Below, piece by piece: positions 8,548 to 17,921 of a stretch of DNA of 64,000 nt (the first letter of the stretch is position 1; every line of letters starts with the position of its first letter). A program made the translations under genes and the position numbers. The notes beneath the pieces are model-generated. The model saw only the letters and a program-made list of their open reading frames with translations. It was not told where the DNA came from and searched no databases. The stretch comes from a virus, in the IMG/VR virus record IMGVR_UViG_3300040781_000091, positions 1 through 64,000 of that record, one strand, 5' to 3'.

Positions 8548-8967
8548 TCATAGTCCTAATTGTAGTATAAGGGTAATTGAGTCTTCTTTACTGAAGTGCA
8601 AACACACCTGCTCGAACCCATGGAATGTATATTCTGCATCAGGATAGTAGTTGTCTATTACTTCCCGCAATAATTTCTGTGCTCTCGTCCATTCTTCGTC
8701 TTTTGCTCTAAATCCAAATTGCAAATAACAATCGAATTTCTGTCGCGGGTGCCCTTTATGTTTTCCTACTTTCGTCTTTAGGAAGATTGGCAAGACGTTG
8801 TGATCTTTCTGCTCATCGTATGGTCGTGGTATAGACGGATATATGTCAGTGATAAATTCACCAGACGGACGAGCGTATATCCAAACACTGTTTGCTTCGA
8901 GCCACGCCAGAATGTCTTCTGTTTTATGCATTCTCGTTAATACGATAGAAATACCGTTGTGTGTCAA
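8548..8967 (-). CDS. Hypothetical protein (start may be ATG 8931)
   Basis: Tiles with its neighbours. Confidence 0.6.
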   Translation of the reverse strand: MTHNGISIVLTRMHKTEDILAWLEANSVWIYARPSGEFITDIYPSIPRPYDEQKDHNVLPIFLKTKVGKHKGHPRQKFDCYLQFGFRAKDEEWTRAQKLLREVIDNYYPDAEYTFHGFEQVCLHFSKEDSITLILQLGL

Positions 8968-9211
8968 CTACGTGGGTCATCGGCAACTTCTGCCAAATCT
9001 TTCCGTCGGGGGACCGTTCTATTACTACTCCGCCGTTTGCAATAGTCTGTATTACAAACGCCGGAGGAATAAGAGTAAACCCTTCGTAATAGTCAACACG
9101 ATTAAACCAGGCTTCCTCGACTGCCTGCCATGGATTATCCATATAGTATGGATCGCCGTCGACCGAAGAAAGAAATGCATTCCATTCGTCAATTTGAACC
9201 TGATTTCTCAT
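8924..9211 (-). CDS. Hypothetical protein
   Basis: Starts 1 nt after the rtcB stop. Confidence 0.6.
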   Translation of the reverse strand: MRNQVQIDEWNAFLSSVDGDPYYMDNPWQAVEEAWFNRVDYYEGFTLIPPAFVIQTIANGGVVIERSPDGKIWQKLPMTHVVDTQRYFYRINENA

Positions 9212-9212
9212 A

Positions 9213-10448
9213 TTACCCCTTTACACACACAACCTGTTTGAGCGTATGAACAATCTCAACTAGGTCTTCTTGCGCCTTCATTACGGCATCGATATCCTTA
9301 TATGCCTTTGGAGACTCGTCGATTACACCGATGTCCTTACGACACTCGACACCCGCCGTTGACTTCTCGTGGTCGTCTAGTGTAAGAACACGCTTCGCTT
9401 CCGAGCGCGACATAACTCGTCCTGCGCCGTGAGAACACGAGCAGAAAGAATCTGCATTACCGAGGCCACGCACAATAAAGGACTTCGCACCCATAGATCC
9501 AGGAATAATGCCAAGGTCTCCTACGCGAGCCCGAACTGCACCCTTGCGAGTAACATGTACGTTAGCACCAAAGTGGTGCTCGGTCGACACATAATTGTGA
9601 TGACAGTTGATCGCCTCTTGGGTGATTGTAAACGCTGGCAACGTAGAGCGCAATGCTGTCAACACCAGTTCCATCATGACCACACGGTTGTGCATCGCAT
9701 AACCCTGGGCCCACTCGACTGCTTCTACATAGTTCTCGTATTGCTCCGAACCATCTACTAAGTATGACAAATCACGGTCAGGCAAAGAAATAAAGTGTCG
9801 CTCCATTTCCTTCTTAGCAGTTGCAATAAAGTGGCGGCCGATCATATTACCTGGGCCACGAGAACCCGAGTGCAATACAACCCATACGTCGTTGTTCTCG
9901 TCTAAGCACAATTCGATGAAATGGTTACCTCCACCCAACGAACCTATTTGGCGATACAACTTTGCGTCTGGCTCTTTTGCAAGCGTTTCGATCACCGGAG
10001 ATTTCGCGACGATACGCTCCCAGCCTCGACGTAAGTCTCGGTTAGCATTGTCTAGCAATTGTGTTGTGTTACGATGCGCTTTGTGAGACAACCGCTGCTC
10101 GTTATGCTCGTCTTGACCAACAGGGACCATACGCTCGATTTCATCACGCACAAGTGCCAGGGACTCTGGCAAGTCTTCTGCAGTCAACGACAATCTAACA
10201 GCATTCATTCCGCAGCCGATATCAACACCAACTGCTGCTGGTATGATAGCGCCTTTGGTTGCAATTACAGAGCCTACCGTTGCGCCGAGTCCTAAGTGGA
10301 CGTCAGGCATTACTGCAACGTGCTGATGTATAAACGGCATAGATGCAATATTCCGCAACTGATCGAGAGCCTGGGATTCCACAGGGACTCCACGTGTCCA
10401 CATTTTGATTAGTGCGTTGTTTGATTTTACTACATCATAGTTTGCCAT
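9213..10448 (-). CDS. rtcB: RtcB RNA ligase (3'-phosphate/5'-OH RNA repair)
   Basis: MPDVH, VGVDIGCG, GGGNHF, LHSGSRG, HHNY, TRKGA, SCSHGAGR, DESPKAYK. Confidence 0.95.
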   Translation of the reverse strand: MANYDVVKSNNALIKMWTRGVPVESQALDQLRNIASMPFIHQHVAVMPDVHLGLGATVGSVIATKGAIIPAAVGVDIGCGMNAVRLSLTAEDLPESLALVRDEIERMVPVGQDEHNEQRLSHKAHRNTTQLLDNANRDLRRGWERIVAKSPVIETLAKEPDAKLYRQIGSLGGGNHFIELCLDENNDVWVVLHSGSRGPGNMIGRHFIATAKKEMERHFISLPDRDLSYLVDGSEQYENYVEAVEWAQGYAMHNRVVMMELVLTALRSTLPAFTITQEAINCHHNYVSTEHHFGANVHVTRKGAVRARVGDLGIIPGSMGAKSFIVRGLGNADSFCSCSHGAGRVMSRSEAKRVLTLDDHEKSTAGVECRKDIGVIDESPKAYKDIDAVMKAQEDLVEIVHTLKQVVCVKG

Positions 10449-10477
10449 TTTCTTTTTCCTCTGTATTGTAGTCCTGT

Positions 10478-10506
10478 ATTATACAGAACACCTTATTTAG
10501 TGTCAA
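10478..10506 (-). promoter_or_regulatory. Consensus sigma70 promoter for rtcB
   Basis: TTGACA-N17-TATAAT, AT-rich UP-like region. Confidence 0.85.
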
Positions 10507-10532
10507 GGAAAAATTAACAACTATTTTTTTGA

Positions 10533-10967
10533 TCAGATGTCGCCGTCTTCTCTTACTTCGGAATGGAAAACATTGAATTCTCCCATGGGATAACGGGTCT
10601 CAAGTTTCTTGATATTCTCGATAATAATTGTCACCGGGTCCATACCGAGCGCAATACATGCATTCATCCAATACCAAATAACATCACCTAGCTCACGCTT
10701 CATGTGGTATACGTTGTCGAAGTTATATGGCTTGCCTTGGAAAAATATCTTCTTAACAATTTCGTTAAACTCGCCGCCTTCTGCGCTAAGTCCGTATCCA
10801 GCAGTAAGTAACCTTGCAGGATCTCCACCTAGCTCGTCTACTGCACGAATACGTGCAATAAATGCTTCGGTGTCTTTGCTTTCTTTGGAAGTTACTCCGT
10901 CTACAAATTTCATGTAGTTATTTAGAAACTCTCTTGCCTGTTGTTCCATTTCAGTTTTTTGTTCCAT
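10533..10967 (-). CDS. mazG: MazG-like nucleotide pyrophosphohydrolase (start may be 10949)
   Basis: GLSAEGGEFNEIVKK...RELGDVIWY...NIKKLETRYP. Confidence 0.88.
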   Translation of the reverse strand: MEQKTEMEQQAREFLNNYMKFVDGVTSKESKDTEAFIARIRAVDELGGDPARLLTAGYGLSAEGGEFNEIVKKIFFQGKPYNFDNVYHMKRELGDVIWYWMNACIALGMDPVTIIIENIKKLETRYPMGEFNVFHSEVREDGDI

Positions 10968-11487
10968 TTAACATTCCCTCATTATAGTTATTATCCATTA
11001 CGTCTAATACTTGTTGCGTAATATCAGAGCCGTCATTGTAAAGTATATTTTCTGCGTTATCGTCTACTGTAATTACAAGACTGAGCTTATTGCGTTTCAT
11101 GACTACCTTAATCGCATAATCTATGTCCTCGCGAATGGCATCTAGTCTAGTTTGATAGTCGGCGTGTATTCTTGAGAAATATTTTTCTCTTTCTTTTAAA
11201 AATCGAAGGCGTAACTTTTCGAATTCTTTTTCTTTTTCTTCTCTAACATTGTCCGGCATCGGTTTAGTGAGTTCCTCTGACAGTGCAATTAATACTCGGG
11301 CAGATGCGTCTAACATATTTGCCGCTGCCTTTTGTTGAGCCTCAATTGGAGTAAGAAGCGCCTGTCCCGCCCATGAATCTTCTACTAATATTTGAGTATT
11401 CACAACTGCGATATTATCAGCATGTGCTAAAGCACCTACTAATAATATTAGTACAAGTGCTAAATTAAAGGTTCGCATAATCTTCAT
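10951..11487 (-). CDS. OmpH/Skp-like periplasmic chaperone
   Basis: Sec signal ending AHA, then IAVVNTQILV, long coiled coil, C-terminal ILY...DITQQVL. Confidence 0.7.
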   Translation of the reverse strand: MKIMRTFNLALVLILLVGALAHADNIAVVNTQILVEDSWAGQALLTPIEAQQKAAANMLDASARVLIALSEELTKPMPDNVREEKEKEFEKLRLRFLKEREKYFSRIHADYQTRLDAIREDIDYAIKVVMKRNKLSLVITVDDNAENILYNDGSDITQQVLDVMDNNYNEGMLNGTKN

Positions 11488-12385
11488 CGCTAAACTCTTC
11501 TCCGTTCCATTCGTCGCATTCCAGTTCCCTGGCTTCGGCGATATCGATAATCATACTAGCAAGTAATTGGTGTGCTCTCGTGTCGCCTTCTTGTCCGGCG
11601 TATCCTGGTATTTGCCACTGGCGGTGTGTTTGCTGCATGAATGAATTTAGTACCTCCATCTGTATTGCATTTTCTACAATAGGATATACTTGTTCCTCGG
11701 TTCCTCCCATCTCAATTGCTGCTTTAATAATCACACGAGCATCCATGACACCACAGCTCTTGTTATACATGTTATCGCACAGAGCTAACGAAATGTGATT
11801 ATCGCGGTCGGGATTGTTTCCGAGTGGGTCAGTCCAACGTTTTAAAATATCGTCCGACTCTAGCGATTCTTTCGCCTTTCTATAAAATACCGGATAATCG
11901 TCTATTATGTCTGCAAACGTAGGCTGGTCGCCGTAAGATCCTTCCTTCCACCAGCATGTTAAATGATTTTCCATGATAGTGTCGAACACATCGCGACGAA
12001 CTTGGAGGTGTTTGATTGGAGTTATAATTTTCTTTTGGCCTACAGAAATTTCCGATTTAAGTCGGTCTTGTCTATCGGCAAGCATGATGCTGTCCCAGGT
12101 AAAACTTTCCGGAACTACTTCGTTTTCGTGGTATTGGTTTTCGCCGGCTTCTACTGGCAAACAACGACTAGACAGAGTAGAAATTATAACAGCGAGCATA
12201 GTTCCGCGTTCGTTTTCTACCTGTCCATAATCGTCGTATCTTCCTTCGCTATAAAAAGGAAATGGGGTTAGATATTTGCGCGGATCTTCGTTGCCCGGTA
12301 CTTCGCTTGTAAAGAATGTAACAACTTCGGTGCCAGCAGTAATTGGCAAATTCGATACTGCACATGTTTGATTCCAACTGCCCAT
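11465..12385 (-). CDS. Hypothetical protein
   Basis: Start reassigned to MGSWNQTCAVSNLPI (SD GAGG); GxYDDYG motif. Confidence 0.75.
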   Translation of the reverse strand: MGSWNQTCAVSNLPITAGTEVVTFFTSEVPGNEDPRKYLTPFPFYSEGRYDDYGQVENERGTMLAVIISTLSSRCLPVEAGENQYHENEVVPESFTWDSIMLADRQDRLKSEISVGQKKIITPIKHLQVRRDVFDTIMENHLTCWWKEGSYGDQPTFADIIDDYPVFYRKAKESLESDDILKRWTDPLGNNPDRDNHISLALCDNMYNKSCGVMDARVIIKAAIEMGGTEEQVYPIVENAIQMEVLNSFMQQTHRQWQIPGYAGQEGDTRAHQLLASMIIDIAEARELECDEWNGEEFSDEDYANL

Positions 12386-12401
12386 AACTCTGCCTCGTTG
12401 T

Positions 12402-12689
12402 TTACCAGTACTCGTTGCCTGCGAGTTTAGCCTTAGTTTCCTGCAAGCTATACTCGTAAAAGATTTTCTCGATCGTGAGCTTTTCGTCTTTGACATCAAC
12501 CGGTACTAGCTCAAAGGTTACTAGCTTGCAACCGTCGTACACATCGCGCCTGGTCTTTTTAAACAGGGCAAGGTGGTTAACCAGCTGTGCTGGTCCTTCC
12601 CAAGACTTGCCTGTCTTGTGAAATCTTGGAAAAGACCCACCCGTAGAAAATAATCCGTCAGATTCTCGTTGTATTTTGTACAGGCGCAT
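12402..12689 (-). CDS. Hypothetical protein
   Basis: YKI..SDGLFSTGG..P.F.K.GK.W pattern typical of small phage proteins. Confidence 0.7.
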   Translation of the reverse strand: MRLYKIQRESDGLFSTGGSFPRFHKTGKSWEGPAQLVNHLALFKKTRRDVYDGCKLVTFELVPVDVKDEKLTIEKIFYEYSLQETKAKLAGNEYW

Positions 12690-12693
12690 GTCT

Positions 12694-13182
12694 TTACCTT
12701 GCGTTAGGGGAGTTCTTGATAAGTTCGATCAGCCGGAATTCGAATTCAGTAAATTCTTCGACTGGTGCCTCCGGCGCGTACAGATCGCCCATGAAGTATG
12801 TTCTGGTGCTCTTATCGAAACGATTGTTGGCGCCGTACAACTTCACCCCGGTGTCCCATATGCGGTCAGGAACAACAATAGCAACACAAGTCAGTGCATT
12901 GTTAAGGGCCGGTTCTTCTTCGTGGAAAAATCCCCAGGGCAAATAAACACCATCTGCCGACAGTAGCCACTGTTTGATTTCCTGTAGTTGCGCCTCGGCG
13001 CCACCGTTCTTACAGATCATCGTCTTGTGGTTATTCAGCCACTCGTGAAACACCGTAGTACTTCCCTCGTAGCAAGTAACAGGATACTTAATTGCCATCT
13101 CGCCCAGGGCGTGTGCCGCCTGGATGCCTTGCTGGATACTCGACAGGTAAAAGTTGCCAAATGTGTAAAGTCTGTATTCCAT
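12694..13182 (-). CDS. Peptidyl-tRNA hydrolase type 2 (Pth2)-like protein
   Basis: LSSIQQGIQAAHA, W..NHKTMIC, FHEEEPALNNALTCVA. Confidence 0.65.
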   Translation of the reverse strand: MEYRLYTFGNFYLSSIQQGIQAAHALGEMAIKYPVTCYEGSTTVFHEWLNNHKTMICKNGGAEAQLQEIKQWLLSADGVYLPWGFFHEEEPALNNALTCVAIVVPDRIWDTGVKLYGANNRFDKSTRTYFMGDLYAPEAPVEEFTEFEFRLIELIKNSPNAR

Positions 13183-13215
13183 TCTTAACCCTCTTAATTG
13201 CTGTAGTAGCGTTCT

Positions 13216-13243
13216 ATTATAACACTAAATCAGTAGATGTCAA
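13216..13243 (-). promoter_or_regulatory. sigma70-type promoter
   Basis: TTGACA-N16-TATAAT. Confidence 0.75.
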
Positions 13244-13545
13244 GAATATAATTTAGCTAGAATTTTGTATGCTTCGTATGCTTCTCGAAGCTCTGGAAAC
13301 TGCCTACGTAAATTTTTCTCGCGCATGACTGTGATAAGGTCGTCTAATACTGCCTTTGATGCTGCATAGGAGTGTGGGCCAAAGGAGACCTCCAGATTTA
13401 AAGAAGTGCCATCGTAGATAGAATGAGACATAGCTGTGCCTGTTAGATAACAGGAATGCGTCTCGTCGATGATTTTAATGTCCTTAACACGACCGCCCAT
13501 CTCTTCGATGATCGACACGATGTTTCTTATCTGTTCGTCGCTCAA
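13240..13545 (-). CDS. Hypothetical protein
   Basis: TTG start overlapping the upstream TGA. Confidence 0.6.
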   Translation of the reverse strand: MSDEQIRNIVSIIEEMGGRVKDIKIIDETHSCYLTGTAMSHSIYDGTSLNLEVSFGPHSYAASKAVLDDLITVMREKNLRRQFPELREAYEAYKILAKLYS

Positions 13546-13721
13546 TGTTCTAGCTCGACTAGTCTCTTTTTTGTATAGTCATGCAAAACTAGATAGCGAG
13601 ACTTTTCTTCGCCGTCGGGCAATTCGTCGACAATTCTTTCATAGTTTTCATTCAGAAGAATAATATCTTCTTTTTCGGATGCATTAATAATTTCAATAAT
13701 TTGTTCGAAATCAATTGTCAT
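13542..13721 (-). CDS. Small hypothetical protein, 59 aa, below the ORF-track cutoff
   Basis: Manual translation MTIDFEQIIEIINASEKEDII...LVELEH; SD GAGG; promoter at 13746-13774. Confidence 0.65.
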   Translation of the reverse strand: MTIDFEQIIEIINASEKEDIILLNENYERIVDELPDGEEKSRYLVLHDYTKKRLVELEH

Positions 13722-13745
13722 GGCAGATACCTCTTGTATGTGTTA

Positions 13746-13774
13746 ATTGTAAGTTGCTTGAACAAAACTGTCAA
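13746..13774 (-). promoter_or_regulatory. sigma70-type promoter
   Basis: TTGACA-N17-TACAAT. Confidence 0.75.
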
Positions 13775-13805
13775 GCACTACCGCTATTTATAAGATACCA
13801 TACTG

Positions 13806-14099
13806 CTATTTTAAATATTTCAACTTAAAATAGACCATATCTTCCTTATTACGAAAGCGCAACCTTGTACCCTTGGTAATCAAATTAAATGCACCTAGCT
13901 GTTTTCTTTCCAGCGAAATTTGTTGCCTAGTAATGTCTAGGTTATCTGCATCGACTTCGTTATGTTCGCCAAACAGATGCCACAGAAGTTGGAACTCGTT
14001 GGTTCTTTGTTCTAGTGTAGGATTTACGGTACCAAATCGGGCCTTGAGTTCTGCATCCGTATAGAACTCCCGTAGGCCCTTTCCTAGCTTCGGCTTCAC
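13806..14099 (-). CDS. Hypothetical protein with C-terminal F-x4-D-x3-FKL motif
   Basis: LRFRNKEDMVYFKLKY. Confidence 0.65.
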   Translation of the reverse strand: MKPKLGKGLREFYTDAELKARFGTVNPTLEQRTNEFQLLWHLFGEHNEVDADNLDITRQQISLERKQLGAFNLITKGTRLRFRNKEDMVYFKLKYLK

Positions 14100-14104
14100 A
14101 GTGA

Positions 14105-14698
14105 CTATCGAGTAAGTTGTACGCTATCTGCCAAACCCTTTTCTACTGTTTCTTGTGCATTCAGCCAGTAGTCTCGATCTAACATAGTAACCATATCTGC
14201 TCGTGTTATAGACGGGTTAGTACAATGCTCCATATAGAGATCCGTTAATTCCTCTTTGAGGCGCAGACCTTCTTTTAGATCAATTTCCATGTCTGTAATT
14301 TTACCACTAGTGCCCCAGCTAGGCTGATGAATCATCATTCTAGCTCTCGGTAGTATGTAACGATGTCCTTTTTCTCCGCCACTCGACAAAAACGAACCCA
14401 TAGAACATGCCTGACCAATTACGTAAGTATGCACCGGACATTTGATGTACCGCATTACGTCATAAATTGCCATGCCAGCAGTAACAGATCCGCCGGGGGA
14501 GTTAATATAGAAATTAACAGGTCGGACCGGGTCTTCTGCTTCTAAAAACAGCAATGATGCAACAATACGATCTGCTTTGTGATCGACAACTTCTCCCGTT
14601 AGGAAAATAAGGCGCTCCTTCAGCAAACGACTATAAATATCAAAAGAGCGTTCGCCCTTTGAAGTTTGCTCAATTACTACTGGTGTTAAATCACTCAT
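14105..14698 (-). CDS. clpP: ClpP protease proteolytic subunit
   Basis: [23 protein letters not shown]; catalytic Ser (ACSMG), His (MIHQP), Asp (DRDYWL). Confidence 0.95.
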   Translation of the reverse strand: MSDLTPVVIEQTSKGERSFDIYSRLLKERLIFLTGEVVDHKADRIVASLLFLEAEDPVRPVNFYINSPGGSVTAGMAIYDVMRYIKCPVHTYVIGQACSMGSFLSSGGEKGHRYILPRARMMIHQPSWGTSGKITDMEIDLKEGLRLKEELTDLYMEHCTNPSITRADMVTMLDRDYWLNAQETVEKGLADSVQLTR

Positions 14699-14716
14699 TT
14701 TTACGTTTCCTTTTTT

Positions 14717-14724
14717 GATAAATA
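14717..14724 (+). promoter_or_regulatory. T4-like late promoter GATAAATA
   Basis: Same octamer as the minus-strand copies; orientation follows the gene. Confidence 0.7.
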
Positions 14725-14729
14725 ATGTT

Positions 14730-15113
14730 ATGAAAATTAAAGATATATTAACTGAAAATACTGCGCCACTTATTATGACTGATCAAACTCAGTTCGACGA
14801 AGAGTTTGACACATTCTATAATCCCCAAGCAGACATGATTGCTAATATGAATCGCGACTACTATAAGAAGTATTTTAAAGAATTCTTTACCGACGGCAGT
14901 GTTCCTGTCTTCACAGAAGCCGACAATTATCCTCCCTCCGAAGACGAAGAAGATTGGACTACTAAGCCCAATCCCGAAGCACCACAATCTGCAGGATACC
15001 GCGGACAACAAAATGCTCTACATAGAGCAGGTGTACCACACGATAAAAATGTCGGTGGGTACGACTCTGGTCCGGTTATTCCGCTCACACCTAAAAACCT
15101 AGATACGATATAA
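14730..15113 (+). CDS. Acidic late protein, candidate internal head protein; the only plus-strand gene
   Basis: GATAAATA 5 nt before ATG; N-terminus MKIKDILTE. Confidence 0.75.
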   Translation: MKIKDILTENTAPLIMTDQTQFDEEFDTFYNPQADMIANMNRDYYKKYFKEFFTDGSVPVFTEADNYPPSEDEEDWTTKPNPEAPQSAGYRGQQNALHRAGVPHDKNVGGYDSGPVIPLTPKNLDTI

Positions 15114-15411
15114 CTAGAAATAACAACACTAGCATCAGTACTGTAGATGTCTTAGTGAAGAATAACATCTGACGTTCAAATGGCAATGCAAATTCTGTAA
15201 CTTTAGCATCTTCTTGCAAGATTAGCAAAGATGCCTCTTCGGGCGTAAAGTACTCGTACCACCCAGCATAGTCGGGGGATCCGATCGGATCCCATTCGCA
15301 GTACCTATAGTAAATTTTACGCAACCATATACGCTTGCCAGACACTAGCTTAACTGGCCAGATTGCAAATCCCTTACGGAGATCTGATTTTGGTAGTTCG
15401 AGGTGACTCAT
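15091..15411 (-). CDS. Hypothetical protein with C-terminal TM helix (paralog of 15408-15653)
   Basis: FAIWPVKLVSGKRIWLRKIYYRYC. Confidence 0.7.
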   Translation of the reverse strand: MSHLELPKSDLRKGFAIWPVKLVSGKRIWLRKIYYRYCEWDPIGSPDYAGWYEYFTPEEASLLILQEDAKVTEFALPFERQMLFFTKTSTVLMLVLLFLVISYLGF

Positions 15412-15653
15412 CTCGAAATAAACATAAACAAATCAGTAAGAGAGGACTGATCAGACATATTCGATCCTTGTAAAATTAGTACCATAGCGTCTGCTTCGTT
15501 GTAACATTCTATCCAACTATACTCGGAGTGTATCAATGATATCGGTATACAGAATCGATAATACACGGGTCTTAACCAAATCCATCTTTTAGAAGTAAGG
15601 CGTACAGGCCACCATGCAAATACTTTACATATGTCGCTGTACTCTGTTTGCAT
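15408..15653 (-). CDS. Hypothetical protein (paralog of 15091-15411)
   Basis: FAWWPVRLTSKRWIWLRPVYYRFC. Confidence 0.7.
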   Translation of the reverse strand: MQTEYSDICKVFAWWPVRLTSKRWIWLRPVYYRFCIPISLIHSEYSWIECYNEADAMVLILQGSNMSDQSSLTDLFMFISR

Positions 15654-16435
15654 TAACTCATCATCTTCTCAAGTGCAATTGCTACGCTTGCAGCAAAGTC
15701 TTTATCGAAATTTTCTTTGGTCTCGTCTAACGAATCCATGTTCGCTAATGCCCACTGCCAGTAGTCGAGCGGAACCTCTTCGAGTCGTTTTCCTTTGTGC
15801 TTACCCATCGGCATAGTTTCGAACACAATAGGCTCGTCTAACCATTCTTGCAATTGTTGTAAATACGGCTCATTTTCTTCGAGTACTTCTTGTTGAATTA
15901 ATACATCAACAAAATGTGATAATAGATATGCAGTTACCAGAGCATCGCTGTCTGCTCTGTGTGCATCGATTTTATGATCTGCAGGGTCGAGTATGTTAAA
16001 CCGGTATCTAAGATAGGGCAAGTTAAACGCAGACACAGTTGGGTCATTTCCGTATAACTTCTTAGCAATACGCATTGTGCATACCCAGGTTTTGTGCGAT
16101 ACATCGTACCTCTCTAACACTTTCATATCGTAGAAACTGTTATGTGCTACAATTGCTGCATCTTGTCCCAGAGCGCCTAACAACATTTTTAGATCATCGA
16201 CACCTTCGTCGAAATTGCGGCAACCAGCGACCATTTTATTAGTGATATTGGTTATCGCCGAAACTTCCGGAGTAATCGGCTCGTTCGGTTTGTACAACTC
16301 AACAAAGCGTTCCCAATTACCATCGTTATACATCACATAGCCGAGTTCGGTAACTTCTGCTTCGTTATAGTCCTTACTTGTGGTTTCTGTATCAAGAATG
16401 AGACAGTTTGTTAGAAATTCTGTTTTACGGTCCAT
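15653..16435 (-). CDS. DnaQ/DEDDh 3'-5' exonuclease, ExoX-like
   Basis: LDTETT, AHNSFYD, AHRADSD; C-terminal MPMGKHKGKRLEEVPLDYWQW module. Confidence 0.88.
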   Translation of the reverse strand: MDRKTEFLTNCLILDTETTSKDYNEAEVTELGYVMYNDGNWERFVELYKPNEPITPEVSAITNITNKMVAGCRNFDEGVDDLKMLLGALGQDAAIVAHNSFYDMKVLERYDVSHKTWVCTMRIAKKLYGNDPTVSAFNLPYLRYRFNILDPADHKIDAHRADSDALVTAYLLSHFVDVLIQQEVLEENEPYLQQLQEWLDEPIVFETMPMGKHKGKRLEEVPLDYWQWALANMDSLDETKENFDKDFAASVAIALEKMMS

Positions 16436-16464
16436 ACGCACCCCGTTATTATGTTATTACAGTA

Positions 16465-16493
16465 ATTGTAACACAACAATAAGGAGACGTCAA
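16465..16493 (-). promoter_or_regulatory. sigma70-type promoter
   Basis: TTGACG-N17-TACAAT. Confidence 0.7.
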
Positions 16494-16499
16494 TCTAAT

Positions 16500-17915
16500 T
16501 TAGCTAATACTAAATGCAATCTTATCTTTGGGGCGCGAGGTTGCGTAATAGTTGGAGCCAGCGTTAAATTCTATCTTACCTTTCACTACTGGCGGATACT
16601 TAACATTGAACCTATCAAATACCAAATCATCACCGGATTTTCTCACGTGACTATGTAACTGTATGAAAGAGATTCTTGCAAGTACCTTCTTAAAAAATGT
16701 AGTTGGCTTCATTGCATTTAAGTGTGCAGAAACTAACCGTGCTAGACCTGCCATAGTGTGAAAGCCTGCAGTATACGCAGGGTGATCTAGTTTAGCGTCA
16801 GGGTATGCTTTTAGTAATTTTTTGATATTTTTAGAATTACCTAAATACTCTTTGTCGCCATTCTTAATTAGATAAACAATTTCCTCAGCATCACTACGAT
16901 CAATCATACCATACATCTGACCTAGCTTCAGCGGTCCGCTTAGACTGGTATTTTCGGAGATAATATTAATTGCATCGATAAGTGGCTTATACTTTGCAAG
17001 GAATTGGTCGTCAAACTCGTGTGTGTTTAAAATGTGAACAATAGATTTCAAGCTAGCAGAAACACCACCTTTAGCTTTCGAGCTAATGCCAATTTTATCG
17101 CCACCACCCGATACGAAAGAGTCGACGAGAGGAGTAGATTGTCCGGGTGGAAATGTAATCCACGATAAATCAGTAAAGCTCTTGTCTACTAATAAATCCC
17201 TTTGTGCTCTTTGCCAATCGCCCGTTAATAAATTTGGAGATTTTAATAAAGCAATCGGACCAGCTATCTCACCGATGTATTTCTCGATAACTTGTCTGTA
17301 CTCTGCTGCGCCAGTAACTGGCTCGGAAGTACCGTTGTACACCTGTAATAAGATATTATATATTATCCCCTTTAGCGGTTCTTTTATATTAGACTGCTTG
17401 ACGACTTTTAGAATTCCGGCGGGCGTTAATCTCTTTCCTCCGATTAAATCACTCGGCTTTACTTTTGCAGTCTCTGAGTGTGTTACTTTAGAATCCTTTA
17501 AGGTGAACCCGTATTCGTTTTTAAACTGTGTATTAGTCCATGCGTTGCCGTGTTGACTAACATCCGTCCTTTGCCCATAACGAACAAATGCAACTCTACG
17601 ATTATCTTCTGTTTTCCAGACGGTCATCATAGCCGCCTTATTAGGGCTGTTAGAGAAGTGTAAATCACTCTTGCGGATTCTTAACTGACGTGCTTTTTCT
17701 AAAACTGCGTTTTGTGCTTTTTCGGCCGCAGTTAATGGCTCCGGCTCGTCGGAAGAATCATCTTCAAACGCACCTGAGTCAGGAAAGTTAAAGATTGCCC
17801 AGAGTGTAATTTCTTGTTTTGTTTTAGGATTAACAAAGACTTGGCCAGGGCGAGTCGAGCCTATTCTACTAGCCTCGTCTATACGCCCTGGCGCAAACAG
17901 TTCTACTAACCGCAT
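16500..17915 (-). CDS. Putative packaged protein with possible PD-(D/E)xK nuclease-like motif
   Basis: N-terminus MRLVELF...IDE; PLVDS...IGISSK. Confidence 0.5.
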   Translation of the reverse strand: MRLVELFAPGRIDEASRIGSTRPGQVFVNPKTKQEITLWAIFNFPDSGAFEDDSSDEPEPLTAAEKAQNAVLEKARQLRIRKSDLHFSNSPNKAAMMTVWKTEDNRRVAFVRYGQRTDVSQHGNAWTNTQFKNEYGFTLKDSKVTHSETAKVKPSDLIGGKRLTPAGILKVVKQSNIKEPLKGIIYNILLQVYNGTSEPVTGAAEYRQVIEKYIGEIAGPIALLKSPNLLTGDWQRAQRDLLVDKSFTDLSWITFPPGQSTPLVDSFVSGGGDKIGISSKAKGGVSASLKSIVHILNTHEFDDQFLAKYKPLIDAINIISENTSLSGPLKLGQMYGMIDRSDAEEIVYLIKNGDKEYLGNSKNIKKLLKAYPDAKLDHPAYTAGFHTMAGLARLVSAHLNAMKPTTFFKKVLARISFIQLHSHVRKSGDDLVFDRFNVKYPPVVKGKIEFNAGSNYYATSRPKDKIAFSIS

Positions 17916-17921
17916 AAAGTA

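Noticed and set aside
10461-10486. LexA box at the rtcB promoter (CTGT...ACAG)
   Set aside because: Spacer is 5 nt rather than 8
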